Assembly: GCA_973895155.1 (NCBI GenBank)
Contig: OZ316891.1
Coordinates: 18,409,987 to 18,473,986, forward strand
Reading direction: 5' to 3'
Length of the DNA stretch: 64,000 bases
Source: Marsupella aquatica
Lineage: Eukaryota; Plantae; Marchantiophyta
Shown here: positions 1 through 14,222 of the stretch, in pieces
Position numbering within the stretch: position 1 is the first letter of the stretch
How the letters are laid out: the number at the start of each line of letters is the position of its first letter
The notes under the pieces: model-generated
Told to the model about the DNA's origin: nothing
What the model saw: the letters and a program-made list of their open reading frames with translations, nothing else
Database searches by the model: none
Program-made: the position numbers and the translations under genes

Positions 1-143
1 CACTCATATGGCTTGATGTGCAGTCGACTAGGTGCAGGGTAATTTGATTACAATAATTTGATTCTACAATATCCAAATCTCGCCGATAGAATGTCACATA
101 AGCTTGCGTGCAATGAAAACCAAGCCGAGCTGACATCGCATAC

Positions 144-3100
144 CTTCATATCTTCTACAAAGGAAGGAAATCCACCAATGGACATGAATGTCAAAAACCC
201 TCCAACAAAGGACATGCACCCTGCTCGTCCCTGCAGCCAAATTTCGGGTCAAGATGTCAGGTCAGTTTGTACTCCTCCTTTACACTAAAGAATGAGTCCC
301 TTTTAATTCCCTTTTAATGGTCATTGAACTCTGGGCGGGCTTCCAAATAGAAGTCCAACGAGAAAGCCCATTCATAATAACTATATAATTATAATAGCGT
401 CATAAAACACTCCAGATTCCCAGCAGGTGTACGTTTTATGGCTGAGGTACAGGGTTAATCATGGCACTGTCCACGCGATTTCTGAACGGCGATCGGACAG
501 TTTTCGTTCAAATGTAGACTGTCGAAATGGACAACCTATTTGTACGTACTAGAAAGCGTCGATCGACTCAATTTCCCGCAATCTTTCCGTGCGAAATCGA
601 AATTCCCCGAGGGGCAATAAGAAACGTTCTCATGCTTGAGAGGTGGCAAGCTAGCTTTCGTGTCTTCACAGGGAAGTCCTGCCAGTGTGCTGACCTGCGA
701 GATAATCCTACCAAGTACCATACTGGCAGAATTAATTGCTGCAACCTTCGAGAAGTTATAATCATACGATAGGCCGATCGGCTCCGTGCATGCATGTGCC
801 GATGAACACCCCTCTGGCAGTACTGAAAATTCAGCGGCAGTCCAAGGATTGGCAATTACAGTATTCCATGTAATTATATGACTAAACCTGACGTGACGGA
901 CATTGAATGGCTACCAGTCTGCCCGATGCGAAACCGTACGTCAGAAATGTGACGAATTTAAGGAGAGCCGCGACCCACACACAAACTCGTATACTGTGAG
1001 ATCTGATGTTAAGGTCTAACGACTAGCTACCGAGAAGACTAGTAATCTAGGAATCTAGAAAGACTGATGTACAGTCATGTATAACGGCACAATACCCAGT
1101 TTGAGATTTACGACCAAGGACAATAGAGTACGTGTTTGGCCCGACGGTAGGTGTTCTCAGCAATCTGAGCTGTCAATGAAAGTTTCCGAACATGATATGG
1201 GCAGCTTACAAAGTAAGTCTCGGCAGATAATAACTCACGAGACATTTCGAAAGCTGGCAAGGGAATGGCCAGGGAGTAAGATCTTACTAGAACAAGTAGA
1301 GCGATGCTCACGGCAGATAGAACGCTACATCGCATGCGCAAACTCTACACGTCGAATCGTCATTGTGGATAGGTTGGGAAGGCGTGTCATCGAGTGAAGG
1401 AATCGAAGATTTACCAGAATAGCACCGAAGCTGTTGCCAACCCTGAAGTACATTGTGCCGATGCATAGACAGAGCAGTATATAGACTGCCAGCCGGAGCC
1501 AATAGTAGCCAATGTCTCGCCACATATTCACAAATGACCTTCTTGTCAAGACGTAACATTGTCTCAAAAAATTGGCTTGGCTCCCGGACCCTTGCAATAT
1601 TACTCCACCCTGCGCACAACGATTGAAGGCAGTGAGAGTTTCACTCTCAGAATACGTAGAGAAATGTATAAGACTGCTAAAGTACACTCATGACTCTCAG
1701 AGATGTAGAGAAATGTAGAAGACTGCTAAAACAAACTCATGAAAAAGTAAAACTGGCACGGCTGAAAATTCCACTTCTAGCAGTGCGGAGGCCATTCCCG
1801 CCAAATATTAATTCAGTAAGCTTAAAAAAGACTAGGAATTTGGGAAGTCCGGCAGATAGATTATCTTATTCGTTTAAACGTTCTTTATTCGGTGATCATA
1901 ATACCTGCGTAGTGATCTGACTGATTCTCGAGCCGACCTTCACGGCGTACTCCGATGTTTCGAAGTTCTCCCTTAAGATTCCTACCACTTGGGCAGTCGA
2001 CAATTTGTCGACAACGCTCATTCCTTCCAGTTCCTGCCCAGATAAAAGATGGGTACCACTTTCAGATAAGATGACTCGTAAATGTATTACAGATGTAAAC
2101 CATGCAAACTTCCTCTCGGAGAAAGATGGTAGATGGAAGCAAATTTCTGTGAATAAGTCAACGCAACATTACTGATACTTGTTTGTCGAGCGCCGATTGG
2201 ATGGTTACCCTAGATTTCAACAGCTGACCAGACTTCGTCCCGGCCATATTCATTTTCATTTGATCGAAGTCCTGGTTCATGCAGCGCAGAAACCAGTCGG
2301 CCGGATTTCGCAGGGGTGGTACCGGAAATCCAGCCGATTCGAAGAACTGCAAACAACGATGGAAAGTATGAATTAACTGAGCAGTTTTCACAAATACACC
2401 ACGAAACATCAACCACGTACCCCCGCGTTCCGGATCACAAGAACTGATGGTCAATTCTTCAAATCCATCATGCATGTACCGTAGCACACACGCGGAACCT
2501 GAACAGCGGAAGACTTGCGTTGACTAATCTACTCATTGCTAGAAGCTTAATTCCTAGCCAGTCCTGAAAATTATTACCTTGCTTGCTTGTAGAGCTTCAC
2601 CGAAGTAAACTTGGTGCCCGTTTGCGAGAAGGCATAAGTCGTCGAACATCTCAAAGGTCTCACTGCTCGGCTGGTGGATTGATGCAATGACACTCCTTCC
2701 ATCGCGAGCGAGTTGCTTCAGGGTTGTCACAACGAAGAATGCTGCAGCGCTGTGTAGGACAGTATATTGCCACCTCCCATGTCAACAACGGAATTGAATA
2801 AGCATGAGTCAAGACAATATCGATGCGTCGAGAGGCACAGCAAGTTGGTCAAAACTTCACAAAAGCTTTTCTGGACCTTCACAGTACGTTCCTTTCGGTA
2901 CCTGTCCAACCCGCTCGTGGGCTCGTCGAGGAAAATCAGCCGCGGACGTGTCAAAAGTTCCAACCCAATGCTAAGGCGCCTCTTTTCTCCTCCACTCAAA
3001 CCGCGGAGGTGCCAGGTGCCAATATAAGTGTTCTGACAGTCGAGCAATCCCATCTCCACAATGGTGCTCTCCACAATGGCTCGCCTCTCAGAAGCTGGCA

Positions 3101-4379
3101 TACTCCCAGGAAGCCGAAGGCTGGCAGAGTACTCAACGGTCTCCCGAACGGTGAGAGTCCCGAGGAGCTCGTCTGTTTGAGTCACATAAGCCTGCAGCCA
3201 GAGACGAGGTCAGAATGTATATCAGCCCCACCATCGTGACCTCCATCGGGACCTGCATCTCTCGGCCATGACATCGATCGTCGAAAGGATGTGATATATC
3301 TAGAGCCAACGAAGACGACGCTGGTGTGCGTAGTAAGTAGAGCCGAGGGAACTTACGGCAATCCCGAAAGAAAGGTTTGGCGACTTTCGCCCATTGAGCA
3401 TAACCTCGCCACTTAACCTGGCATTCCTTGCAAGCCGTCCTGTACGTTTACCCATCATTCCATTCAATTATACACAAACCAGCTTAATCTATAAAACAAA
3501 GTAGTTACAGCCAAGAGCACTTCAGTTGATTCACATTTGCTAAATCGTACGTGTCTCAATTATCTTATTCAAACATCGACATAAAAAAATTAATTGAACC
3601 CATCGTTGTCTTTCGTTTCAACACTAACATCTGAAAGCTCAGATTTGAGACAGAATTGGTTTGAGAGGACGAGCACACAAGAAGGTAATGCTCGAACGGT
3701 TCCTTACAATCCGCTGGACTGTATCCATGCAAAGTAGCTAACAAGCATGCACCTCCATCATAAGGTTCGGAAGGCAAAGATATGGGAAGGAAGCACCCTC
3801 ATAAATATACATTGAGAGGGCCCAGACCACATAACGGAGTTAGTAGGAGGATACTTTAGATGACTACATGAGCAAGAAAATACCCGCGAGAGAGTCGAGG
3901 AGTGTAGATTTCCCTGAGCCTGAGGGTCCCATGATCGCTAGCATAGCACCAGGCGCCGCAAAGCCAGTGAGACTGTGGAGCAGAACTTGGTCGTCAGCCT
4001 TGCCACCTTGAGCAACTTCGACCCATAGATCCCTCCATGTTAGTCTTGCTGACATGTCGATATTTCTTACTCCAGCTTCTCTTTCCGTCATTTTCATGTT
4101 GCACTTCCACACAGTCTCACTTAGAGGGCTCATCCCTCGAAACGGGCCAATGTGCCCTTTCACACAACCCTGCACTGCTTTGTGGTGCCCTTCCATACCG
4201 GTCACAACGTAGTGACCATTTCCGTTTTTATGACTCTGTTCATTGCCGTTTCCGTGGTGTTTGCCTCCATTTATGTGGTCGTGCCTATCTCCATTCCCGT
4301 AGCGTCCATTCCCACTTCTATGTTCTTCGATACCGTCTGCTTGTTTCGATTCAGCAGCCTCTAGCGGGTGCCCATCCAT
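144..4379 (-). CDS. ABCG11-like: ABCG (WBC) half-size transporter, ABCG11/WBC11-like; multi-exon, 3' part continues off the left edge of the window
   Basis: Walker [13 protein letters not shown], signature [12 protein letters not shown], Walker [22 protein letters not shown], and [16 protein letters not shown] region [18 protein letters not shown] and [19 protein letters not shown]. Exons read with GT-AG boundaries: 4379-3884, 3439-3357, 3191-2902, 2749-2578, 2346-~2230, ~2036-1905, ~1609-1415, 230-144. Confidence 0.93.
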
Positions 4380-7300
4380 CTCTGCAAGACGGCTCGATTC
4401 AGTAGCCTGAGCGAGGGGATCGATGCCGCTCCATCGTTGGAATCACATTCCGATCTGCCTAGTGTCACTCGGAGATGCACAGGACAGTTGTGAACATGGA
4501 CTTCCACCCATCTGCATCAACGACTAAAGACGGGGCCCGTGTGCATAGAGTTGTATTTCCAACCGCCGGAACCTTCGCTTCTAGAGTGGCCGTAAGCAGC
4601 AGCAGACTGCCTCATGTAGAAACCTTGACAAGCAAACTAACTGTACATACACTATCTATATAGATCATTACCATACTGTACTATAGCAGGACTGCGCAGC
4701 ACTACGACCTCACAAAATACCATATTAAGATTCTTAAAGCACGTCTTCCTTAGCGCAAATGTCAGCAATTCTAGGTGAAAATGAATCCGTTCATGAAAAA
4801 ATTATCTAACTACTGTACGAGTAAATTGTCGACGAGCGTGAACTGTAGCAAGAAAGTATGACAAGGTTTGATGGTGAGGCATGCGCAAAACATTAAGTTA
4901 ACAAAGTGCAAAACATTAAGTTAGCAAAGTGCATCCCTCTAAATAGCACAGCTACCTTAATTTCCACTCCAGAGCATCATCAGATATCCCGAGATGCGGC
5001 CAGCCACCAAAGTAATGCTCCACAAAACTGAAGTAGTATGACAGTATACATCTCAGCAGAACAATTGAGCGTGTAGTGTGCGTCTTACCGAGTAGACCGG
5101 GCAGTTTATGATTATGAGCTATGTGGAGGACCCAAAGCGATCCACTTAGCTTTCGTCCCCTGCATCACCGCGAGATATACCAGAAATAACGGAAATCAAC
5201 CGCCGCCTTGAGCGGATCCAAGTCTAGCGAGGATTTCACCTCGTGGGAAACGGAAAGTTCGAGACAGTCGAAATCTGCCAACCTCCTGCAAACTCGATGA
5301 TGCAGGCTGATCCCTGCTACTTCCAAGGACGAAGGCTGACCAAGTAAGCGTTGCCCACTCCTTCAATCTGCGACCTGAATTTCACTGTAACCCTTGGCTA
5401 TCGACCTCATGAGACAGCTGAGTAGTAACCTGGATGATGCATGACGAGAGTTCCTGAGAGGGGCCAACGGACACTAACTCCTCCAACAATACGGAGTCAG
5501 GAACACCACGACGAAACTATTGTATGAGCTGAACACGAAGCGTACGAGCACTTCAACGCGGAAACCGCGGGTGACGAGCGAACAGAACTGCAACAGGATA
5601 CGCATGACGAGGGCAAGGTCCTCAGAGTCAAGGTTGGACTTCCAGTAGAAGTAAACATCACTTCCTCATTCTCCAAGTGAGGTCAATTGCGGGAGGAGAG
5701 AGTGCATGCATCAGTACCGTAGAACGACAATCTGAGTACTATTCTGAGTGAGATCATGTGTTCAGAGGGCACAACGCGCAGATATGTTTCGTACAATTTG
5801 CCGCTTCCTAGCCAGAACATGCAATGGCCGGGGTGGCAAGAGAGAAGAGAATAATTGTTGTAATAAATCTCATCTGCAGTCCACGCGCGTACAGTTTCAT
5901 ACACCTCACGGGTATTTAAGACGAAGCTAACTCTCTCACCAACCTATCGTGTCTGCATTCGCCGATTCGAAGGTATTTGCTTGATGACCCCAAACCAAAC
6001 TTTTTCTCCCCAATTAACTCCAGTAGGTTTTGGCTACTTGGCTACGTTGATTTGAGATCTATCAACGATCTGGATCGTTGAGCGGTTCCATCTAGTAACA
6101 TTTTTCAATTTCGGGGTCCATCAAATAAACACCTTACCGATTCGTGCGCACGATTTTCCCAAGCGTGCATGCAAACCTACATATCAAGAGGCAGCATTAC
6201 AGGGTGTATTGTGACATGTCACAAGCGTTCACGTCTCTAATAATGAATTCAGCATTATGACAGAGAGTTCAGGTTCACCCGTTGAATGAATTTCCTACAA
6301 CATTATCAATCAGATATTTTTCTTATATCACTAATTGTTGTTCTTTTCTATATATACAACTTTTACTTTTTGTTGTGCGGTTTCTTTTGATCTAAGTATC
6401 TAATTGCTGATTTTGGATGTGCAATTGATCGGTTGAAGAATTTCCTATACCATGATAAATCACATGGTTTTTGTATATCACTAAATGTGGTTCTTTCTTA
6501 CTACCTATCCGCCTGTTACTTTTTGATGTGAAGTTTTCTTTTCGCCTATCCAGCGGTTGCCTTTTGATGTGCAGTTTTCTTTTCACCTATCCAGCCGTTG
6601 GCTTTTGATGTGCAACTATCACCACAGACAGCATGTAGTCAGAGTTTCCAGTCCTTTGTTAGTTATGGTTAAAATTATAATGAATGCTCTAACGTATCAT
6701 CCTCTTTTTAATTATCACATTAAACTATACTAGCCTCAATGTAAGCTAATAGGTGATAATTATCCAACTAATACCATGTGTCCAGTAGCCCTCTGACCCT
6801 AACTTTGGAGTTACTTCAGGTTGCTTTCTAATAGACAGATTTGAATCATTTAGTAGCTAGGTGACACCACATAACAACACAATTGAAGCAAGTCCTTTAG
6901 AGGGCTGTTTTGCAAACAAATTCCAACCATGCTACAAAAGAAAATAAGAAAATCTGGACATATGCATTAAATAAATGTGTCGGAAGAGAAATATAAAGTT
7001 TACAATTTATAAAATGTGTACAAATGATGTTAATGTAGTTGCACCTATGGTTATTAAAGTTGTTAGGTTTTGGACGTTCAGCTCTTCAAACTTCCCCAGC
7101 ATGGTGTGGTGTCCCCAGCCCTAATTCTCAATGCATGCATAATTATAGTCTTTAGTTGTCTGGGTCCCGATATTGCACATCAGAATATGACATATATGGT
7201 GTATAACATCACTCTATCCGTACCATGATTATTTCTTAAATTAGTGAATGCACTCTGTATATTTTCACATTTGATATGTGATTATAGATAGGGTAGTTGT

Positions 7301-8250
7301 CTTTGGCATTAATTTGGATAGAAACGAAGTTTGTATATTTGAAGAACTACTACTTATTAGGTATCATTGAAGACTTAGTGGAAAATGTTGGCTGGCTCTA
7401 GCTTTTTCTAGGTCAATTTTAGTCACTTTAGGGTGGTATTTTTGTTTCTCTTCTTACTAACTTTTGTTTGTATTCACTGCCCTTTTAAACTGGCGTCTCC
7501 CTTGTTTCAGTTTGAACCCCCACTTTGGATCGTAGGTTCTTTTCAGTTTGGTCACACTGGGGAAGAAACTACTGGCTGTCTGATTGGAAAGCCATCCAGA
7601 CCTTATTCAATTTGTTGAAGGGGTTTGGGTGTGACAAACTTGATCTCTTTAGAAGAGGATCCTCTGTAGATTATTATGTTACTTCAATTAAAATATACGC
7701 AAATCTTTGGCTGCCTCTTTAAGCAAAGATCCTGTCTAGATTATTATTAATGCTTCTTCCTCTACATACTTTAAATTTTTTTCTAGGATGAAAGATAAGA
7801 TTGAGTCTCATATTGAGTCTCCCGTCCTTCTCTGCCGCCCGTTGCCTATGCCTGCTACCCATGCCTTCTGATTTCTCAGAATTTTTTTAACATGTGACTA
7901 GAGTATAAATGAACCCCACTTTTGAATGAGATGAATTTGCAGCAAGTTGGCTGCTTTCTACAGAGTACTTTGCAATGGTCGTATCGATATCCCTTTTTGA
8001 AAGAAAAATGCATTAAGGCTTGCAGTTCATACAACCTAGATGGGGCCCTGAAGTGGGACACAAACTTACCCTTGAATTCTCCATGTGTATGCGGAGGCGC
8101 ATTCCACTTAAATGTTAAGAATCCAAGAGTCTAATCTCTGGTCTTATTTTGTTCATAGTTTTGGTGCACAATTTCCTGATAGATCACGCTATACCATATT
8201 CACCAAAGGATATCTCATCTTCCACGAAAGCGTACAAGATGAGTTTCTCT

Positions 8251-8251
<1 letters not shown>

Positions 8252-8281
<30 letters not shown>
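8252..8281. repeat. (TA)n microsatellite
   Basis: About 14 TA units seen directly. Confidence 0.95.
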
Positions 8282-8283
<2 letters not shown>

Positions 8284-10128
8284 ACAAGCATTTCAAGGCT
8301 CTGTCAGGCAATGGCACCTTCTTTGAAAGACAGCCTCTTGCATTCAATTCCAAGGACAACCAATTTTTCAAAGAACATTTGTACCTAAAGGGTGCAGAGG
8401 TCAGATTAATTCTTGTGCTGTACACACAGGGTGCTCTTATTAATACTCGACACAACAAAATTACTTTATCTGGATATCGATACCGTGCTACGGTGGTCTC
8501 CCTCTTGCAATCATTTTTAAGTAAACGAATCGCTCATGGGTACGCCTCATCTGTTAATCATGGACATCATTCTACCACGAGTCAGACAAAATGAATTCAC
8601 TCAATTCAGGACTAAGAAGCGTTGATCAGGTCCATCGTTATTAAGACTACCAGCGTTAAGGTAGTGTGGTAAGCATGCTAATCTATTGGTGCTGTGCTAT
8701 TGCCATTGTTGTAATAATTAGCTATAATTGGGCGGGAGCTTTCAAAGTTCTCTTAATTTTTTACCCTCCTTTTTTTAATCATGTTGGACGGAAGGGGGCA
8801 CGTGCTTCTGGTTTTTAGTTTTGGAGGGTGTGGGGAGAAGGAGAACAAATGACCAGACTAGAGGAAAATGATGGAGGCTAATGAATCGTTTTTCTACCTA
8901 GGCAGCACCTTTGGCTAACCTGTTCTAGCATCTGAAGTAGCCTCGATTTGGGTCTCGCTCCACTACTTTTGCTAGGTCTCGGCCGACTCTCCCTACCCAT
9001 TTGTACCTTTATTCCCTGCTTTAACTTACCGTCATCTACATCATTTGACAACCCTTGATTTCACCTTGCAACCATCCACACCATTTGATAACACAACTTC
9101 TGTGCCATGATAAGGTTAACACAAAGACAAGCTTGCTACAACAAACTTTCTATGTCAACAATACTTTTGTAGTGACAGTACCATCATAAGGACGATATAT
9201 TAACTGAATGACTACTATGCACTGCAAGGGCATTGAGCTAAGATGAGATGATTATGGTAAACCTGACTTAGTATGACCCATCTTTAGTACGACCCTTCAA
9301 ATTTGTGTGCGAGCAATAGGGCAACTCAAACTCTGCCATACCAGAATAACATCTTACATCATTCTAAGAAAAGCTCATGGGTTCAACACTTAATCCATAA
9401 CTTTCCTTCAACTTTGGTGTAAATCCAGAAATCTGGAACTCCATAGGCACAGTTGAAGGCACATGGGATAAATGATTAATTTGCAACTGATGTGATGATG
9501 AGTGTTGCATTTTGAGTCTTCAATGCACCGGCCAAATTTCTTACTTTCATGGCCCATCTTTGAGAAGCCCTGGCTATTGAGTCTTCAATGTCATGGCCAA
9601 ATTTCTTGCTTTCATCGTGTTTTGCATGGTCTAGATATGGTAGAGAAGTTTTGGGAGGCAAAACGAATCAACCCCATTGATTTAGAAACTCCATTGTGGT
9701 TGAAGTATATATTTGCTCAAACATAATAATCATTTGCTACCGAACTCGAAAAGTCTTGTACTTGGCGGTGAGGCCGTGAATGTGAGGCGCCCACACTCCG
9801 TAACGGTCCTTCACATCTTAATGAAGCTGCTGATCGACACCATGATTGAAAAATCCCGTAACAATCGGATTTGCAGCTGGTGTAGGGTGCTTGTTTACCA
9901 ATTTCAACGCTGACAACACTTCCCCAACAGTATTGACTCAGTTGACCTGCCACTCCTGTACTTCACGGCTCTGTGAGTCCAATCCACTCAAACTACCTTG
10001 AGTGCTGTCACTGCTGTGATAGAACCCACGTGAGCTTTCGAGTCCTCGCTGACAAAGGAACCTTCAGGAGTTTCTGACCGGCGTGCGCTCAGGGACAAAC
10101 TTACTACACAACTGCGTCGTGTCTAGAA

Positions 10129-10332
10129 AGTTTGTGCTGTTGGAAATGGACACTAGAACGCTGGCGTAGATGGCCACAAGAGTAGGGTGGAGGTGAGGGC
10201 ACTCCTGACAACTTTTCCCCAAAGCAAACTAGTTTGTGCTGTTGGAAATGGACACTAGTACGCTGGCGTAGATGGCCACAAGAGTAGGGTGGAGGTGAGG
10301 GCACTCGTGACAACTTTTCCCCAAAGCAAACT
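10129..10332. repeat. Tandem duplication of a ~102-bp unit (2 near-identical copies)
   Basis: agtttgtgctgttggaaatggacactag...ccccaaagcaaact occurs twice back to back with 2 mismatches. A second, looser duplication follows at ~10390-10577. Confidence 0.9.
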
Positions 10333-11371
10333 ACTGTAAAGGGTCACTTCTTGAGTTCTTGTTCTAACGGACGACCACTCCAGATCAAAACTCTGTTGAA
10401 ATGAGTTCAATAAATGCATGTTCTGGAAGCAGCCAAAAGTTGGCAAAGTGCGTGGACCAGCTTTGGCGGTGGTCTAAAATTTTAGATAAAAAGAAACGCT
10501 CCCCATTACTCTGCTGAAAATGAAGTTCAATAAATGCACGTTCTGGAAGGAGCCAAAGTTTGCAGATGTGTGGACCGGGCACGGAGGTGATACACATGTT
10601 TAGACAATTTACACGCTCAGAGTATATGCATATACTTGACCTATTTCCTTGCCAAGTAGGATTGGTGAGAAGTCACCACCATACCTTAAAGGCCTTGAGC
10701 AGTTTTGAAACCAAATGCAGGACTTTCCATCATTATACAGTACAGATTTAATCTAAGGGGGAATAGAAACAAGACTACCAGGTTGGAAATGATGGGTAAC
10801 TTGTCGAGTTGTCAGGCACTAAATTTGTCACTTGCCGAGAAAAATCGGCCCAAGTGACAAGCAACTTGCCAAGTTGTCGGGCACATAAACTTGTCACTTG
10901 CCAAAAATCAACCCTAATGTAGGATATTCCCTGTTATTCCCCGAGCTGGGCCAGGATAGGCCAAGGTCAGGCCGGGACAGGGTCAGGCCCGGTCAGGGCA
11001 GGGTGTGAGCCAGCCGGGTCGGGCTGGGAAGTCAAGATAAAACCACCTGGACAGTCTGGGTGACAAGTTGACGGACTCTAAAAGCTCTATTTGTTGGGCA
11101 AGTCCAAACCCGGCAAGACCATGACCCCACACTAATGCCACCTATAGTTTCCAGAAAGTGTAATACGAACTAGTTACTAGTAAGCTTTTGAAACTTCTCA
11201 GTTTTGAAGCCATGGTGACAGGGCCTGCAATTTAGGGACTCCGCTCAGTCCGCTGGCGTGTAGGCCCTCGATAAACGGCTTACTACGTTCGGCCTCTGCT
11301 TCGATTCCCGGGCCGTGAGACACGTGCTGGGACCTATTGGCGCTTCTGCGGCCTCTCTTGAGTTTTCCTTT

Positions 11372-11543
11372 CTTCAATGCAAAGCATCCTTCGAGGTTGC
11401 AATTCGTTTCCTATCAGTTCGATTCTCTAATCGCTCTAATCGCAAGGGAGATCTGTCTTTGTTCAATGCAAAACATCATTCCAGGTACCAATTCGTCTCC
11501 TATCAGTTCGATTTCTCTAATCGCTCCAATCGCAAGGGAGATC
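11372..11543. repeat. Tandem duplication of a ~90-bp unit
   Basis: ttcaatgcaaa...caattcgt..cctatcagttcgatt.ctctaatcgctc.aatcgcaagggagatc occurs twice. Confidence 0.85.
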
Positions 11544-13675
11544 GTAGAAGGATAGGGAGATTCCAAATGCTGCTGCGGAGCATTTTCGGACGAAATCGTT
11601 AGTTACATTTGACTGACCACACTACGGTAGGAAGGCCGCCCGCACCGCTTCCACAGGAAGATATTCTCCACCCCTGCGATAGCGCAACTAACACGGGATT
11701 TTCCAACACGAAGTACTACAAGATAAATCAGTGCATTCTAGAAGTGGGTGCTAATCGGTATGGAGTAAAGTGCAGTGGAGTTAACGACAAGGTACCCACT
11801 GTAACTGTCAGCGAAGGAGGCAGTTCAACAGGCAACAGATGCTCAAGCTACTGTTCAAGCTTGTGTCCATTCGGAAATCCACTTTGTGAGGTGGATTTTT
11901 CAGCCCATTGGCAGAATATCTTCGGACAGACATTACGTACGTACACTCATGGCACATCCTGATTCGTTGGAGGACGCATCACGAAGGAGTTTTCGCCTGG
12001 TCCCGAAGGTTGTGTATTGCCAGGAGGTCCCTCTATGCTCAGGTAGCACAGCATTATCTTCCATCCCTTAATCAACCATTCTCATGTGGCCAGTAGGGAT
12101 GCCAGAAAACTAAAGTAGGCATACCAAAATCCCTGACTAAATCGTTTCACTCACTAATCCTGTATCTAATTTACACGAAATACAATTGTTAGCGGTAGGC
12201 ATCTTAGGAGGACGTCTAATCCAAGGACTGTGAACTGTGAGAACCAGCCACAGCAACCCAGAATCTCAGTTGTCTTAGTCGGTGTGAAACCTGCAGTATT
12301 ACAGTCCAACACCTCGGTAAAGAGTTGAAAGACAGTCAATTTGAGCTAATCTTTTGCCAGAAACATGGCGTGTACGACGTGCAAACATTGTAATTGCATT
12401 GGGCCCAATTTCCAGAGCCACTTGCCAGTTCTTTATCTGGCCATACTACGACGACCACTTTTTAGCACTAAAGTGTGTAGACCCGGTTGCTCCCTGCAAA
12501 TTGTGGTTTTTTTAGTTTGAATCTTGATATGCATAAAGTATGAGGAGCATAACGTATTTAATTCCTATCTATTCAAATCTAAACAAATCTCAATCAACTT
12601 TGCAAGCGTGTAAATTCTAATCCTTATGGCCGGACAGTGTTTTGATTATTGCCCGCTGTGTTAATGATCAAACTTGAACAAGCACTCTAAGTAGAGACGA
12701 GGAACACTATTCTGAAGTAATGAAACAACACAGCAAGACAGGTGTAGCCCTTCAATTCTTTCCCATGGATTGGTAAGTCGCCTTAAATCGTCACACCAAT
12801 ATGAAGTTCTTCCTGACCTTTGTGCCAGAGACATTTGTGGACACTGCAATCCACATTTGACCCAGCTATTCGGAAGTACCCTAAACGTGACCCTCACACG
12901 AGACTATTTTTCTGTATACTCCAAACAGCAAAGGAAATTGTGACATGGATCGGGGCACACCATTCGTTGCACGGAAAACTCGTTCCAACATATGCTTCGA
13001 CCCCACACAGACCTATTAATATTCATTCATACAAGACCATAATAAGAACGACCTTCCCTTCGACGGAATGTCTTTAGTTACTAGTGCTGTCATATTGAAA
13101 CCTTGACATTGCGGAAGAATTTTCGTCCACGACAGTTGAGAACAAACTGTCGAACATTCATAGAAGTAAGCACAAACGGAAGCAGAACATGAACTGTCAG
13201 AAGCCAGCGTAACTATCGACCTCTCCTGAACGAGGAGTAGGATGGAATAGAGCTTCACATGCCGGAAAACGATTCGCACGAGAAAAACATGTCGAGCAGG
13301 AAACTTATCCAAGATGTCTTTTCATTCACAATTATACAAATATGCAAAAAGTTGTCCACACTTGGATTAATGGTCAACAATAAGAATTGACTATCAGTAG
13401 CCCTATATCTCAGAGCTTCCGCATTGCAAAGACCACGTCAGAAGTTTGATGCAACCCACATTATTAACGTCGAAGACGACGAGGCATATTTGACGACGGC
13501 AGGTAACTATAAACCCCAAGACATGAAGGGGAAACACGTATCGTGTTGCTTATCGGTCGAAAGCCAGGACTTTCACCGCACCTGTCCAAATGCACTCCCG
13601 GGCCAAATAACTGAGAACTCCATAGGAGACAGCTTCACGACGAATAGATATCGAGATGAAATAATCGAAATCCTA

Positions 13676-13906
13676 TCAAAATGGTATGCAGTTGGAGATC
13701 ATTGGGCGAACTACCATCACCGGGTTCTCAATAATGCGCCTTCCAGCCTTATGGTCGCAGCACCAGACGAGCGCACCCACGGGCCACTCAATAATTGCTG
13801 CAACAAGAAAGCCCACAAAACCCAGGGTGGGACCGACGATTTTGCATCGGCAGGGGTTATCCGTGTTGCCGCACTCGATGCAAATCGGGATCGGAAGGCA
13901 AGCCAT
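13676..13906 (-). CDS. Small (76 aa) Cys-rich protein with a central hydrophobic segment; resembles a conserved, uncharacterised land-plant family
   Basis: ATG lies in the ideal plant context AACAATGGC. Sequence PICIECG..NPCRCKIVGPTLGF...EWPVGALV...GRRI..NP..V...IPF is recalled as a conserved plant small-protein pattern. A (GA)n tract upstream is typical of a 5'UTR or intron. Confidence 0.8.
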   Translation of the reverse strand: MACLPIPICIECGNTDNPCRCKIVGPTLGFVGFLVAAIIEWPVGALVWCCDHKAGRRIIENPVMVVRPMISNCIPF

Positions 13907-14182
13907 TGTTGCAGCACACTAGCTGCGCGCTGCTTTAGTCCTCCACAGGTGCTCACAAAGCTAATGGGTCTGCGCAGAACAGGGTAACCCTTTCAACGTC
14001 TGACCGACTGACCTACTCCCACAATCAACGTCTTCGTAAACCAAAAGTCGACTGTTATCGAGTTAATTTCCAAGGGAATAAATGTCTTCCTCTGCTTCGG
14101 CCGCGTGAAATACAGTACAACGATTTCCAGGTGCAACAGATGAGCTCCTTACTGATCGAAATAAATGTCGACAATAAAGGTG

Positions 14183-14186
<4 letters not shown>

Positions 14187-14219
<33 letters not shown>
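14187..14219. repeat. (GA)n microsatellite in the 5' region of the small-protein gene
   Basis: About 16 GA units seen directly. Confidence 0.95.

Positions 14220-14222
<3 letters not shown>

Noticed and set aside
7300-8600. Possible old LINE ORF2 remnant, including the 160-aa ORF 8112-8594
   Set aside because: Only vague Trp-rich fragments are present. The ORF reads through a (TA)n microsatellite and has no diagnostic RT or zf motif.
13424-13987. 187-aa plus-strand ORF
   Set aside because: It is the antisense shadow of the small Cys-rich gene, starts at TTG and has no motifs.
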